From Candidatus Magasanikiibacteriota bacterium (GTDB lineage Bacteria > Patescibacteriota > Patescibacteriia > Magasanikbacterales > UBA922), in assembly GCA_021648085.1 (NCBI GenBank), contig JAKITS010000001.1, forward strand, positions 682,759-746,758: 64,000 nt of DNA, read 5' to 3'. Below the pieces are notes generated by a model. The model had not been told where the DNA came from and did not search any database. It saw only the letters and a list, made by a program, of their open reading frames with translations. Both the position numbers and the translations under genes were made by a program. How positions within the stretch are numbered: the stretch's first letter is position 1; every line of letters begins with the position of its first letter. Below, piece after piece: positions 27,773-37,985 of this stretch.

Positions 27773-29575
27773 TTATTTTCTTTCTTTTATTTCTTTCACA
27801 ATTCTTTCAACAAACTCCTCTTTATTTATATTTTCAGTCTCACCATCTTTATCCCTCATTCTCACAGCAAAATTATCTCCACTCAATTCTCTCTCACCTA
27901 CTACAATTATGTATGGCACTTTGTTTTCTACAGCTTTGCGAACTTTTTTACCAACTGTTTCACTTGCGCTATCTATTTCAATTCGCACTCCCGCATCTAC
28001 AAATTTTTGTGCCAATTCTTTTGTGCCTTCCAAAAATTTATCTGAAACTGGAACAAACTGAACCTGAACAGGTGCAAGCCAAACTGGCCACTTCCCTGCA
28101 TAATGCTCTATCAAAAATGCTATAAAACGCTCATGTGTAGAAAGTGGCGCTCTGTGAATTACAAACACTTCATTATTTTCATTTCCTGTTTCATCTATAT
28201 ATTTCAAACCAAATCTTTCTTTTGCCAAAAAGTCCAATTGAACTGTAGACAATGTTTCTTCTCTACCAATAATAGATTTAAACTGTACATCCACTTTCGG
28301 CCCATAAAAAGCTGCTTCATCACTTGCTTCAGTAAATGGAACTTCCATTTCCTGCAAAACTTCGCGCAACACATTTTCTGCAAACTTCCAATTTTCTGGC
28401 TCATTTATATATTTTTCTGTCTTTTCTGGATCCCATTTTGAAAGTCTAAACCAATAATCACCCAAATCAAACATTTTGAAATAATCCATTGTCATATTGA
28501 TCACAGCTCTAAACTCATATTTTATTTGAGTTTTACTGCAATACGTGTGAGCATCATTCATGGTAAGTCCACGAACACGCAAAAGTCCTGCCAAAGTTCC
28601 AGAAAGCTCGTTTCTATAAACTGTTCCATATTCTGCTACACGCAAAGGCAGTTCTTTGTAACTTCTAGGTTTGTGTCCAAATACCAAATGATGATGTGGA
28701 CAATTCATAGAACGCAAATAATATGTCCCATCGTCCATTTCCATTGCAGGATACATATCATCTTTATAATACGGCAAATGTCCAGAAGTTATATATAACT
28801 CTTCTTTTGCCAAATGCGGAGTCACAACGCGCTTATAGCCTGCTTTGTCTTCTTTTTCAACTGCCAATTTTTCTATTTCATTTCTTATAATTGTTCCATT
28901 TGGTAACCACATCACCAAGCCTTTTCCAACTTTATCATCAAAAAAATATAACTCCTGTGCTTTTGCAATTTTTCTATGATCCCTCTTCTCTGCTTCTGCA
29001 AGCATTTCCATATGATCTTCCAATTCTTGTTTTGTTTCAAAATAAACTCCATAAATTCGCTGAAGCTGTGGATTTTCATTTTTCCCTCTCCAATACGCTC
29101 CTGCCAAACGAGTAAGTTTCAAACCTTCTGGATTTAATTCACTACTATTTTCTATATGAGGTCCACGACACAAATCTGTAAATTCTCCACTTTTGTAAAG
29201 TGAAATTTCTTTTGCAGAATCGCCCACTTCCTGTTTTTCTTCTTCGCTTATTTTTGTAGTTCCATGTTTTTTTAAGTCGTTCAACAGTTCTACTTTGTAA
29301 ATCTGCCCATTTTTTTGGAAAAAATTAACCCCATCTTCCAAACTCATTTCCTGTCTTTCAAAAGTTAGACCACTTTTCATCAATTCTTTTGCTTTATCTT
29401 CTATTTTTTGCAGATCTTCCTCTCCAATATTTTCTGGAAAATCTATATCATAATAAAACCCGTTTTCTATTACAGGACCAACACCAAATTTTAAATTTGG
29501 ATAAAGCTCGTTTGCAGCAGATGCCACAATATGTGCGCAAGAATGTCTTGCTTTTTCCAATTTTTCGTTTTCCAT
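27773..29575 (-). CDS. thrS: threonyl-tRNA synthetase (no N-terminal TGS domain)
   Basis: Begins at the HSCAHI editing-domain motif. Class II core with RGLTMNDAHTYC. C-terminal anticodon-binding domain. Confidence 0.9.
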   Translation of the reverse strand: MENEKLEKARHSCAHIVASAANELYPNLKFGVGPVIENGFYYDIDFPENIGEEDLQKIEDKAKELMKSGLTFERQEMSLEDGVNFFQKNGQIYKVELLNDLKKHGTTKISEEEKQEVGDSAKEISLYKSGEFTDLCRGPHIENSSELNPEGLKLTRLAGAYWRGKNENPQLQRIYGVYFETKQELEDHMEMLAEAEKRDHRKIAKAQELYFFDDKVGKGLVMWLPNGTIIRNEIEKLAVEKEDKAGYKRVVTPHLAKEELYITSGHLPYYKDDMYPAMEMDDGTYYLRSMNCPHHHLVFGHKPRSYKELPLRVAEYGTVYRNELSGTLAGLLRVRGLTMNDAHTYCSKTQIKYEFRAVINMTMDYFKMFDLGDYWFRLSKWDPEKTEKYINEPENWKFAENVLREVLQEMEVPFTEASDEAAFYGPKVDVQFKSIIGREETLSTVQLDFLAKERFGLKYIDETGNENNEVFVIHRAPLSTHERFIAFLIEHYAGKWPVWLAPVQVQFVPVSDKFLEGTKELAQKFVDAGVRIEIDSASETVGKKVRKAVENKVPYIIVVGERELSGDNFAVRMRDKDGETENINKEEFVERIVKEIKERK

Positions 29576-29731
29576 AAAATTTTAAAAAAATAAAAGGCAT
29601 TAAAAGATTGTTTAAAATCTCTTTGCCCTACAATTTCCAGACTTACTAAAAAATAAATATACTTTCTATATATTTACTTTAGTGGATTTATGATGTTTAG
29701 TCAACAGAATTGTTTTAAATACAAAAATAAT

Positions 29732-30241
29732 TTAATTATTTTTGTTCAATATTAGTAATTCGTTTATTTTATTTTTTACTTCTTCAAAATTTATATTTTT
29801 CTGATGTTTAATGTGAAGACTTTTTATTCCTACTAATTCCAACACCCTATTTACAAATTCGTCTCTTTTCTGCCTATCACTTCTATTGTGTGTTTTTCCA
29901 TTATATTCAATCGCAATAATTGGTTTCAGATATTGTTTTTCAAAAATAACAAAATCAATTGTTTTTCTGTTTATCTTATTTTGATAAGTCCAAAAATCTT
30001 TTCTTGAAGAACTTACTTTCACAATATTACTCAATACAATTTGAGGAAAAACAATATACTCAGTAGGAATAATTGATTGCAACCTCTCAAAGAATTGCCT
30101 TTCTGGAATATTGAGTAAAAAATCTTTTCTTTTAAATGGCAAAGTCTTTTCTTCTTCCTGAAGAAAAATAGAAATTTTATCCTTAAAAAAATAAAATAAA
30201 ATTCCGAGAACTATAGCAATTACTATTAGTAAAAATTCCAT
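29732..30241 (-). CDS. membrane-anchored protein with a restriction-endonuclease-like (PD-(D/E)xK, DUF2726-like) C-terminal region
   Basis: N-terminal TM helix. DFVIFEKQ...IIAIEYNGKTH pattern. Confidence 0.4.
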   Translation of the reverse strand: MEFLLIVIAIVLGILFYFFKDKISIFLQEEEKTLPFKRKDFLLNIPERQFFERLQSIIPTEYIVFPQIVLSNIVKVSSSRKDFWTYQNKINRKTIDFVIFEKQYLKPIIAIEYNGKTHNRSDRQKRDEFVNRVLELVGIKSLHIKHQKNINFEEVKNKINELLILNKNN

Positions 30242-30280
30242 AAGTGTAAAAAATTATTAAATTATTTCACATAACGTTCC

Positions 30281-30440
30281 AGTATATGCGATGTTTTGCG
30301 GAGCGTAGCGGAGCAAAATATGGGTGAACGGAGTGCAACGAGTGAACCGCATATACTGTGTTAGGCGAGGGTGATTTTCTGTAGTGATAACGGAAGAAAA
30401 TTAAGTGCAACGACCCCGAAGCGTATTTTTGAAAAAATTT
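30281..30440. repeat. GC-rich structured repeat (10-bp perfect IR agtatatgcg/cgcatatact enclosing gcggagc-gta-gcggagc and agtgcaacga x2)
   Basis: Read from the sequence. The 12-mer cgtagcggagca recurs at 32682-32693. Confidence 0.6.
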
Positions 30441-30559
30441 ATCCTTATTATTCTTTTGTTGTTGGGCTTTTATCATTTCTTATTTTTGATTTTTTTGTTT
30501 TGAAAAATGAAAGAGGGGAATTAAAGGGGTGAATTTCATTTTTCAAAACTCCTTATTTT

Positions 30560-31258
30560 TTATTCTTTTTCAATAATTCCATCTTTTAAACATATTACTC
30601 TATCCACATATTTTTTATCGTCAGGTTCATGAGTTACCATTATAATAGTTTGTCCTATTTTTTTATTTAATTCTTTAAACAATTTTAATATCGCAAGGGA
30701 AGATTCGCTATCTAGATTAGCGGTTGGCTCATCAGCAAATAAAATCATTGGATCATTTACTAATGCTCTGGCAATAGCAACTCTTTGCTGTTCACCACCA
30801 GACATTTCTTTTGGTAAATGATGTAATCTTTCTGCTAATCCAACTTTTGTTAACATTTCAGTTGCTTTTTTTATATATATTTTTTTAGAAATTCTAGAAA
30901 GCATTAGAGGTAGGTAGACAGACTCTAACGCCGTTAATTCTGGCAATAAAGCATAGGATTGAAATACATAACCTAATTTTTTTAACCTAAACTCGGCTTT
31001 TTGTTTTTCAGAAAAATTCATAAGATCAATTCCTTCCATAATAACTTTTCCTGTAGTTGGTGTATCTAATAATCCAAGCTGATGTAAAAGTGTAGATTTC
31101 CCAGAACCAGAACGGCCCATAAGTGCCAAAAATTCTCCTTTTTTTACTCCAAAATTAATATTTTTTAATGCGTGAGTTGGGACAACTCCTTCGTATGTCT
31201 TTTTTAAATTTTTTACTTCAATAATCATGATAATTTTTAAATTAGAATTTATCCCCAA
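30560..31258 (-). CDS. ABC transporter ATP-binding protein (MacB/LolD-like)
   Basis: Walker A GRSGSGKST. Signature LSGGEQQR. Walker B ILFADEPT. Confidence 0.9.
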   Translation of the reverse strand: MGINSNLKIIMIIEVKNLKKTYEGVVPTHALKNINFGVKKGEFLALMGRSGSGKSTLLHQLGLLDTPTTGKVIMEGIDLMNFSEKQKAEFRLKKLGYVFQSYALLPELTALESVYLPLMLSRISKKIYIKKATEMLTKVGLAERLHHLPKEMSGGEQQRVAIARALVNDPMILFADEPTANLDSESSLAILKLFKELNKKIGQTIIMVTHEPDDKKYVDRVICLKDGIIEKE

Positions 31259-32460
31259 ATAGATTTCAATATACTCTCTTTTGCGCCACGATATGCTGGA
31301 AAAAACCCTCCTATCAAAGCAGCGCCTATTAAACTTAAATTACTTATGCTTATAATATTAAATGTTATTTTTAACGAGACCCAACCGACAGGAAAATCTA
31401 AAGGATTTACAATAAATAATGGTCGTATAACAAAAAGGATTAAAGATGCCCCAATGATTACGCCAACTACTCCATAAAATAATGCCTGCATAACAAAATA
31501 CAAAATAATTGTATTTTCCTCCATACCAATAGCTTTTAATATTCCAATTTGTCTTCTTTTGTTTACGACACTTACAAAAATAATAATAAATATAGTTACT
31601 CCAGCAACAATCGTTCCTATTACTCCAAGTATAATACTAATCATTGTAAAACTTTTACTAGCACCAGAAGTAAAACCCATTAAATCTTGCCATTTTTTTA
31701 TATCCTCTTTGTTTAATCCAGCTTGCCTTATTTCTTTAATATATATTTCTTCATTGCCTGTATCTTCAACTTTAATCAAAATTTCTGATGCAAAATTGTG
31801 AATTTTTAAAACAGACTCCATCTCTTTTTTAGTTATAAACAACATTTGATCGGCTTGAGTGCTTTTAGTGCTAAAAATACCCTTTACTGTATATGTTCTG
31901 TTTATACCATTGCTAAATAAAACATTTATTTCATCTCCAACAACAACACCAAGACTTAAATAATCCAAGTCACCACCATATCCTCCGGCAATTTCTTTAC
32001 CTATCATTATCTGATCTCTATCATTCTTATCTAAAAAATCTCCGTCTACAATTGACTTATGGATTTTTGTAACTTTTTTTTCATCTTCTGGGTTTATTGA
32101 TTTTAAGACCCATCTACCACTTTTTATATCATAACCATCTTTACGATAATCATATTTCACAATCGGACTATCTATGTAATGTTGAGAAACCCCAATAATC
32201 CCTGGTATTGTTTTTAATTGTTTTATTGCACTTTTATTGTCTATATATTTTTTATCAATAGCCGGTTCTATTGTTATATTTCCATATTGATTATCAATAG
32301 CTTCCTGATTTATTGCTTCAACTATTCCACCAAAAATTGAAGCAACAAAAACAAGATTAACATACGCAAGTGTCATAATTAGAATGGTCATTGCTAATGT
32401 TCCCTTGTTCCCTCGTTTAATAGAGGTGATAGCTAGGAATAATGATGTTTTTATATTCAT
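31249..32460 (-). CDS. ABC transporter permease, FtsX/MacB family
   Basis: N-terminal TM helix, a large periplasmic domain and a C-terminal FtsX-like 3-TM bundle. Overlaps the ATPase gene. Confidence 0.85.
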   Translation of the reverse strand: MNIKTSLFLAITSIKRGNKGTLAMTILIMTLAYVNLVFVASIFGGIVEAINQEAIDNQYGNITIEPAIDKKYIDNKSAIKQLKTIPGIIGVSQHYIDSPIVKYDYRKDGYDIKSGRWVLKSINPEDEKKVTKIHKSIVDGDFLDKNDRDQIMIGKEIAGGYGGDLDYLSLGVVVGDEINVLFSNGINRTYTVKGIFSTKSTQADQMLFITKKEMESVLKIHNFASEILIKVEDTGNEEIYIKEIRQAGLNKEDIKKWQDLMGFTSGASKSFTMISIILGVIGTIVAGVTIFIIIFVSVVNKRRQIGILKAIGMEENTIILYFVMQALFYGVVGVIIGASLILFVIRPLFIVNPLDFPVGWVSLKITFNIISISNLSLIGAALIGGFFPAYRGAKESILKSIWG

Positions 32461-32654
32461 TTAGTTTTATTATTTAAGAGATTTTTTAAGGAATAAAAAA
32501 TAATTTTTCTGTGTTGAATAATATGTATAGAGATAAGAATAAAAAATATTAATTGGACAATTTTTATAAATTGAATATCAATAATCTTTGACAATAGTAT
32601 AACTGCAAATATTGCGATTAACAAATAATCTATAATTAATGTATATTTTTTCAT
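32457..32654 (-). CDS. small membrane protein (start uncertain)
   Basis: Hydrophobic and coupled to the permease. The ORF-track start lies inside a repeat. Confidence 0.3.
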   Translation of the reverse strand: MKKYTLIIDYLLIAIFAVILLSKIIDIQFIKIVQLIFFILISIHIIQHRKIIFYSLKNLLNNKTK

Positions 32655-32938
32655 AGTAATATTTAGATTAGATTTTTCGTAGCGGAGCAGAGAAAACACC
32701 TTATTTCCCCTCTTTTAAATTTAAAAAAATCAAAAATATTCCTTATTCTTTAAAGCCCAACAACAAAAATCTTTAAATTCAAATTTTTTCAAAAATATGT
32801 CGTATAACTGGTTTTTATACAAACTTTTTATTTTTTAATAACATAAAATTGTATATTATACAAACTTATGTTATGTTTTTTAATACAAATAAATTAAATA
32901 AAAATTAGCTTAATATTTATTTAATTAAAAGAAAATAT

Positions 32939-34075
32939 TTAATCAACATGCTTCACAACAACCTTTACATGAGAATCCACAGGAGGTACAGTCTGAATCC
33001 ATGCAGGTTTAAATTCTACATCTACACTACTTACATGGTCTAAAGACAATATATACTCACGCACCTCCTCTGCGCTCTTGTCAAAAAACATTACTTTTTG
33101 AAGTTGCTTGCTATCTGAATTCAGTTTTGCAATTCCACTATAAAATATATTTAATACTGCCGAACCTCTAGCCAAATCATAACTCTCCAAAGAAACTACA
33201 GGATCGGCGTCACCCTGCTCCACCAATTCTATATCGTTTACAGACCTTCTCATCAATAAATTCCTTGCTCTTGCGTCTACCTCTTTTTTGTCATACATTA
33301 CTGCCAAAACTGTCGCTCTTGCAGAAACTGTAAACTCTGACACCTCTTCGCCAATTTCTGTATCTGTCTCAAAAGTATTTTGTACAATAGAAAATACGGT
33401 GTTCATTGTTGGTGCAATTTGTCCAAAAGATTTTTTACCAAGCTCTTCCAACTCCCCCAAAAGCACTGTTTCAGCTTGTTTTATATCTTCTGCACTTACA
33501 ACTCCACTTGTTGTAATTCCACCAGTCATAGCTTCTTCACTCTCACCAAAAATTACCTTCTGTTTCGCTTCATCCAATCCAGGAATTGTAAATTTTGTAG
33601 GGCTTATATTATTTTCCACGCCTTTTGTATCAGAATAGACATCTGCAGTGATTTTTCCTTTTGCAGGAACAACTACCTTATCTTTGAGTCTAAAAAGTAT
33701 GCCGTCTGCAGAAAGAAATCTTGTCGTTGAAATTAAAGGCTGATTAGAGTTTGTTTCATTAAAAACTGTAATAGTGCCACGAGCAGTCCCTGGCTCTTCT
33801 TTGTCCCCAGTTGGACTAAACACCTTGTCCAAAGTAATAATAGTTGTAGTCACTGCCCCTGTCACAGCGTTACTCCCCTTTCCCACATCCACAGTTCCTG
33901 ATACATCTACCACTTCTGTTTTACTTATTATTGTAATAGTAGCTCTTTTTGATGACATAAAAAGAATAACAGCCAAAAGAGCTACTGTTAAAAGTAGAAA
34001 TGAAATTGCAATAAATTTATACAACTTTACTGGCTGCTCTGCCGCAAAATTCTTTTGAAATTTTCCTGAAGACAT
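32939..34075 (-). CDS. hypothetical N-terminally anchored protein upstream of the GspE/PilB ATPase
   Basis: One TM helix, then a Thr/Val/Ser-rich region. No known motifs. Confidence 0.5.
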   Translation of the reverse strand: MSSGKFQKNFAAEQPVKLYKFIAISFLLLTVALLAVILFMSSKRATITIISKTEVVDVSGTVDVGKGSNAVTGAVTTTIITLDKVFSPTGDKEEPGTARGTITVFNETNSNQPLISTTRFLSADGILFRLKDKVVVPAKGKITADVYSDTKGVENNISPTKFTIPGLDEAKQKVIFGESEEAMTGGITTSGVVSAEDIKQAETVLLGELEELGKKSFGQIAPTMNTVFSIVQNTFETDTEIGEEVSEFTVSARATVLAVMYDKKEVDARARNLLMRRSVNDIELVEQGDADPVVSLESYDLARGSAVLNIFYSGIAKLNSDSKQLQKVMFFDKSAEEVREYILSLDHVSSVDVEFKPAWIQTVPPVDSHVKVVVKHVD

Positions 34076-34187
34076 ATTCTATTTTGAAATTACAGTTTTT
34101 TAAAATTCCTCCTTTTTTTAACTCCCCGAACATTTGATGTTATCATTAAAAAAGAATATTTTTAAATCAATGTTTAAGGGATTCCCG

Positions 34188-34232
34188 CCTGCCGGCAGGC
34201 AAGCCCCACTTTGGTTCGAAATGACAGGAAAA
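34188..34232. repeat. GC-rich repeat fragment (gggattcccgcctgccggcagg...ttcgaaatgacaggaaaa)
   Basis: Shares cctgccggcagg with 21497 and the 18-mer with 4356-4373 (inverted). Confidence 0.6.
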
Positions 34233-34239
34233 ATAAATA

Positions 34240-35964
34240 TTATTCAATCACTCTAAATACCTCCTCTACTGAAGTTTCCCCCTCCATTGCTTTTAACACT
34301 CCGTCTTGAATCATGGTTATCATACCATTTTTTACAGCGACCTGTTCTATATCTGTTTCCGACACATTTCCAGATACGATTAGCTGTTCTATTTCTGGAA
34401 TCATTGTAAAAATTTCATAAATACCAATTCTACCTTTGTATCCCAAATTACTGCATTTATCACATTTTCCAGGTCCGTAAAATTTTCCACTCGCTTCAAT
34501 ATTTTTTTCTGTTTCTGGTAAATTTTCCAAAGTTTTATCTACTCTTTCTTTTTGCTCTGGTGTAAGCTCAATTTCGACCTTACAATCACACAATTTACGC
34601 ACAAGTCTTTGCCCAATCACACAATTTAGTGCAGGAGCCATCAAAAATGGTTTTACACCCATAGAAAGAAAACGAGGAATGGCACCAGATGCACTATTAG
34701 TATGAATTGTAGACAACATTAGATGTCCTGTCAAAGCAGCTTGGATTGCAACTTCGGCTGTTTCCAAATCTCGGATCTCTCCAACCATCGCAATATCTGG
34801 ATCTTGCCGCAACACAGAACGCAAAGCACTTGCAAAAGTATAACCTTTTGTGGCATCCATTTGACTTTGATTTATTCCATCCATTCTATATTCTACAGGG
34901 TCTTCGAGTGTAATAATTTTTACACCTGGCTTGTTCAAATACTGCATTATAGAATAAAGTGTTGTTGTTTTTCCTGATCCAGTTGGCCCAGTTGTGATAA
35001 TCATTCCATTTGGTCGCTCTATCTCCGCTTTGAGTCTTTCGTGTGCACTTCCACGCAAACCCAAATCCTCAAAAGCCATTTTTTCTTTTGATTGTGGAAG
35101 TAATCGCATTACAATACTTTCACCATAAACAGTAGGGATTGTAGAAACACGAATATCCACATCTCCACTTTTTGCTTTTATTGTAAAGCGTCCATCTTGA
35201 GGCTGATCTACAACATTTATTTTTAAAGATGACAAAAGTTTGATTCTTGAAACCAATTTTTTATACATTTCTTTGGATATTGTACCAGCATCATGCAAAA
35301 TTCCATCCATACGAAAACGGATTACAATCTTTTCTTCTTCTGCTTCTATATGAACATCTGACGCACCCAATTTTAATCCTGCTCCCATTATAAATGTCAC
35401 TATATCTGTTGCTTTTTCGCTATCAAACAATTTTTGTAATGATGCGAAATCATTTACATCTGCCTGAACTTTTTTCAAATCTTCTTCACTTATTTCTACA
35501 TTTTTGGAAATTACAGCAATAGTTGGAACTTTTTTGTACAATTCAAAAACTTTATCAAAACTTTCTTGAGAAATTGTATACAAAGCTCCGTTTGCATGGT
35601 TTCTTTCTTGAATTTGATGTAGCAATTCCTTTACTTCTTCACGGCTTGGATCTACTGCACCCAGCCTTACCTCATCTTGAGAGAAAAAGAAACAAACAAC
35701 GCCCAATTCTTTTGCCTGCTTTTCTGGAATTTGCCTTAAAGACTCTTGGCTCACTGGAAATTTTACCAAATTTATATAAGAAAAACCCAAAGAACCAGCA
35801 AGCTGTTCAGCTCTGGTTTCAGATTCTTTCAAAGAAATATCCTCCATTTTTTTTGTAAATTTTTCCTGTACAACCGTTTTTTGTTGCGAGACTTTCTCCC
35901 CCTCTTTTTCTTGTGTTTCCTCTTTTTTTGGAATCAAATCATCTATTGTCTGAAAGTTTGACAT
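34240..35964 (-). CDS. pilB: type II secretion / type IV pilus assembly ATPase (GspE/PilB family)
   Basis: Walker A GPTGSGKTT. Asp box. His box. C-terminal tetracysteine CDC...CDKC. Confidence 0.9.
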   Translation of the reverse strand: MSNFQTIDDLIPKKEETQEKEGEKVSQQKTVVQEKFTKKMEDISLKESETRAEQLAGSLGFSYINLVKFPVSQESLRQIPEKQAKELGVVCFFFSQDEVRLGAVDPSREEVKELLHQIQERNHANGALYTISQESFDKVFELYKKVPTIAVISKNVEISEEDLKKVQADVNDFASLQKLFDSEKATDIVTFIMGAGLKLGASDVHIEAEEEKIVIRFRMDGILHDAGTISKEMYKKLVSRIKLLSSLKINVVDQPQDGRFTIKAKSGDVDIRVSTIPTVYGESIVMRLLPQSKEKMAFEDLGLRGSAHERLKAEIERPNGMIITTGPTGSGKTTTLYSIMQYLNKPGVKIITLEDPVEYRMDGINQSQMDATKGYTFASALRSVLRQDPDIAMVGEIRDLETAEVAIQAALTGHLMLSTIHTNSASGAIPRFLSMGVKPFLMAPALNCVIGQRLVRKLCDCKVEIELTPEQKERVDKTLENLPETEKNIEASGKFYGPGKCDKCSNLGYKGRIGIYEIFTMIPEIEQLIVSGNVSETDIEQVAVKNGMITMIQDGVLKAMEGETSVEEVFRVIE

Positions 35965-35965
35965 A

Positions 35966-36952
35966 TCAACTCTTTAATTTATCAATAAAGTGAACCAATT
36001 TACTTTTTACCCCTTCTTTGTGCATTCTCATAAACAGATCTGTCCAAACAGAAGTTGCAAACGCTGTAAAAACTGAACCAAGTGTCATTACAATAAACAA
36101 AGTTATTACAAATCCAAAAATAATTCCTACCATTTTTAGTGCAATCACACCTGTCAAAATAGATAAAAACCAAAAAACTGCCAAAGGTATAAGGAAGAAA
36201 AAGAAAATTGCCAAAAATCCTAGCAACATTACTGCAAAATTTAAAATCATTATTATTAGCCCAACCTCAATAGACACAAGTGGATGATGTGTAAAAAGCC
36301 TCCACGCTGCGACTATTGATTCTACAAATGAATACTCCTCTACCACCACATATCCTGCGGCATAAATTGCCAAAAATGAAATCAACATTCCAGAAATTAA
36401 TGCAAGAACCAAAGTAACCACAAAACTACTGAATGTAAAAATATTTGCACTACTGTACATTATCAAAAGAGAGAGTGTAACAAAACTGGTCACCAATAAA
36501 ATTAGACTTTTTTTCAAAACATTTATAAAAAATAAGCGTCCAGAATGATTTACACCTTTATGCCAAGCTGTGCCAAAATCTGGAACTTTTTTACCTCTCA
36601 CTTTTTGTGCTATTGAGTTTATAATAGCACCTTGGCTAATAACCGCAACAAATATAAAGAAAAACAATAAACCTGCCAAAATAACAAATAGCCAAATAAG
36701 TGCAAACCATTTTGATATAGAAAGTGGTAAACCTGTGGTTAAAATAAAAAGTTCAACAAAACCTTTTGGCACGAAAAAAGTATCCAAATAAATAGGATTT
36801 TTAAATCCTAACATTAAAATTTTGTGGATCAAATCGCCTATTCCAGCCTGACCCAAAAAAGTTGCAAACAATCCAAAAATCCACAAAATCTTATGTTCCC
36901 AGACAATCTCCCAACTTTCTCTTATGGTTTGTATGTATAATGGTTTTTTCAT
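35966..36952 (-). CDS. polytopic membrane protein; paralogue of 10429..11202
   Basis: 8 or more hydrophobic helices. Shares conserved blocks with 10429..11202. Confidence 0.5.
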   Translation of the reverse strand: MKKPLYIQTIRESWEIVWEHKILWIFGLFATFLGQAGIGDLIHKILMLGFKNPIYLDTFFVPKGFVELFILTTGLPLSISKWFALIWLFVILAGLLFFFIFVAVISQGAIINSIAQKVRGKKVPDFGTAWHKGVNHSGRLFFINVLKKSLILLVTSFVTLSLLIMYSSANIFTFSSFVVTLVLALISGMLISFLAIYAAGYVVVEEYSFVESIVAAWRLFTHHPLVSIEVGLIIMILNFAVMLLGFLAIFFFFLIPLAVFWFLSILTGVIALKMVGIIFGFVITLFIVMTLGSVFTAFATSVWTDLFMRMHKEGVKSKLVHFIDKLKS

Positions 36953-37124
36953 AATTAAAATTTAGAGCCTCTCTTAAGACCTATTCTTAAACATAGCTAA
37001 TAAGCTAATTATAGCATAATTAAAAACTAGCGACAATTCAATTTTATATAATAGGTTTGATTTTTATACTTAATTTATCTATAATTCCACCAGAGTTTTA
37101 ATCGCGAAAAAGGAGGACGAGCAA

Positions 37125-37487
37125 ATGACAGAAGGCAAAGACAAAAAAGAATTTAAAGGTGTAATTTTTGGACATTTCGAAACTGGATGTGAAGGTTATA
37201 TGTGGGTATTTTATGAAGATGGTAAAGAAGGTTATGATGGTTTGAAAAATTTAGAAGCTGGAGATCATCTAACAATTTTTAATAATGATGGTTTGGAGAT
37301 TTTTTCAGAGATAATTAAACCTGATCATGAAATCGGCAAACAAGTTATCCCTCTTAATCCTGAATATTCTCAACCTACTGCTTTGGGTTTGTGGATTCAT
37401 TGGACACAAGATGGCTTTTTACCTGACGATTGGGCAAAACTCTTCTTTCAAAAGCCTCCTTTTCGAGCAACTCTTCGCAAAAAATAA
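37125..37487 (+). CDS. hypothetical protein
   Basis: SD aaaggagg upstream. A terminator at 37507-37533. Confidence 0.45.
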   Translation: MTEGKDKKEFKGVIFGHFETGCEGYMWVFYEDGKEGYDGLKNLEAGDHLTIFNNDGLEIFSEIIKPDHEIGKQVIPLNPEYSQPTALGLWIHWTQDGFLPDDWAKLFFQKPPFRATLRKK

Positions 37488-37637
37488 ATTGTTTTGCGAT
37501 TACCAACCGCCCTGTTTCTTGGGCGGTTTTTTTAATTAATCCTTATAATTTAGTTTTTGTTCACAACTCTTGACAGTTTTTATTTTTTCGTGTATCATAT
37601 TCCACTCAAGATAGTTCTTTTAAAAAAGAGAGGTGGC

Positions 37638-37937
37638 ATGGAAGTTCAAAAAAGTAAAATTATTCCTCGTGACAAGCGAATGGCTGATTTTACAAAACAA
37701 TATGGTACTTTAGGTAAAGTTATTTTAAATGCTTTCAAAACAAACCATGCAGTTCCATCAAATTTTAGGGGTTATACACAAGATTATTATATTACTCTAG
37801 CTAAAAACTTTTTAAGGCGTTTCCAAAGTGAATGTGCTAGAATGGTTTTTATGGCGATGGTTGAAAAAAAACTCACACCAAAAGATACAAAAGCGATAGC
37901 CGAAAATATTATTCAATCTTTATGTGAACCTTTTTAA
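37638..37937 (+). CDS. hypothetical small protein
   Basis: Promoter ttgacag...tatcat at 37570. SD gagagg. A terminator at 37945-37972. Confidence 0.4.
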   Translation: MEVQKSKIIPRDKRMADFTKQYGTLGKVILNAFKTNHAVPSNFRGYTQDYYITLAKNFLRRFQSECARMVFMAMVEKKLTPKDTKAIAENIIQSLCEPF

Positions 37938-37985
37938 AACCAAAACCAGCGATTGAGTCGCTGGTTTTTTTATTTTACTTTTTTC

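Noticed and set aside
27773-29731. T-box leaders upstream of thrS and ileS
   Set aside because: The upstream gaps (~156 nt and ~178 nt) are too short and lack the T-box consensus (AGGGUGGNACCGCG-like).
30281-30356. 76-nt unit with 10-bp terminal stem considered as a tRNA
   Set aside because: A 10-bp closing stem with no 7-bp acceptor/T-arm/D-arm geometry. No T-loop consensus on either strand.
30267-30476. 69-aa minus-strand ORF
   Set aside because: It lies entirely within the GC-rich structured repeat element, and there is no SD.
35966-36952. 328-aa membrane protein next to pilB considered as PilC/GspF
   Set aside because: It is too hydrophobic throughout and lacks the large cytoplasmic GspF domains. 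It is clearly paralogous to 10429..11202.
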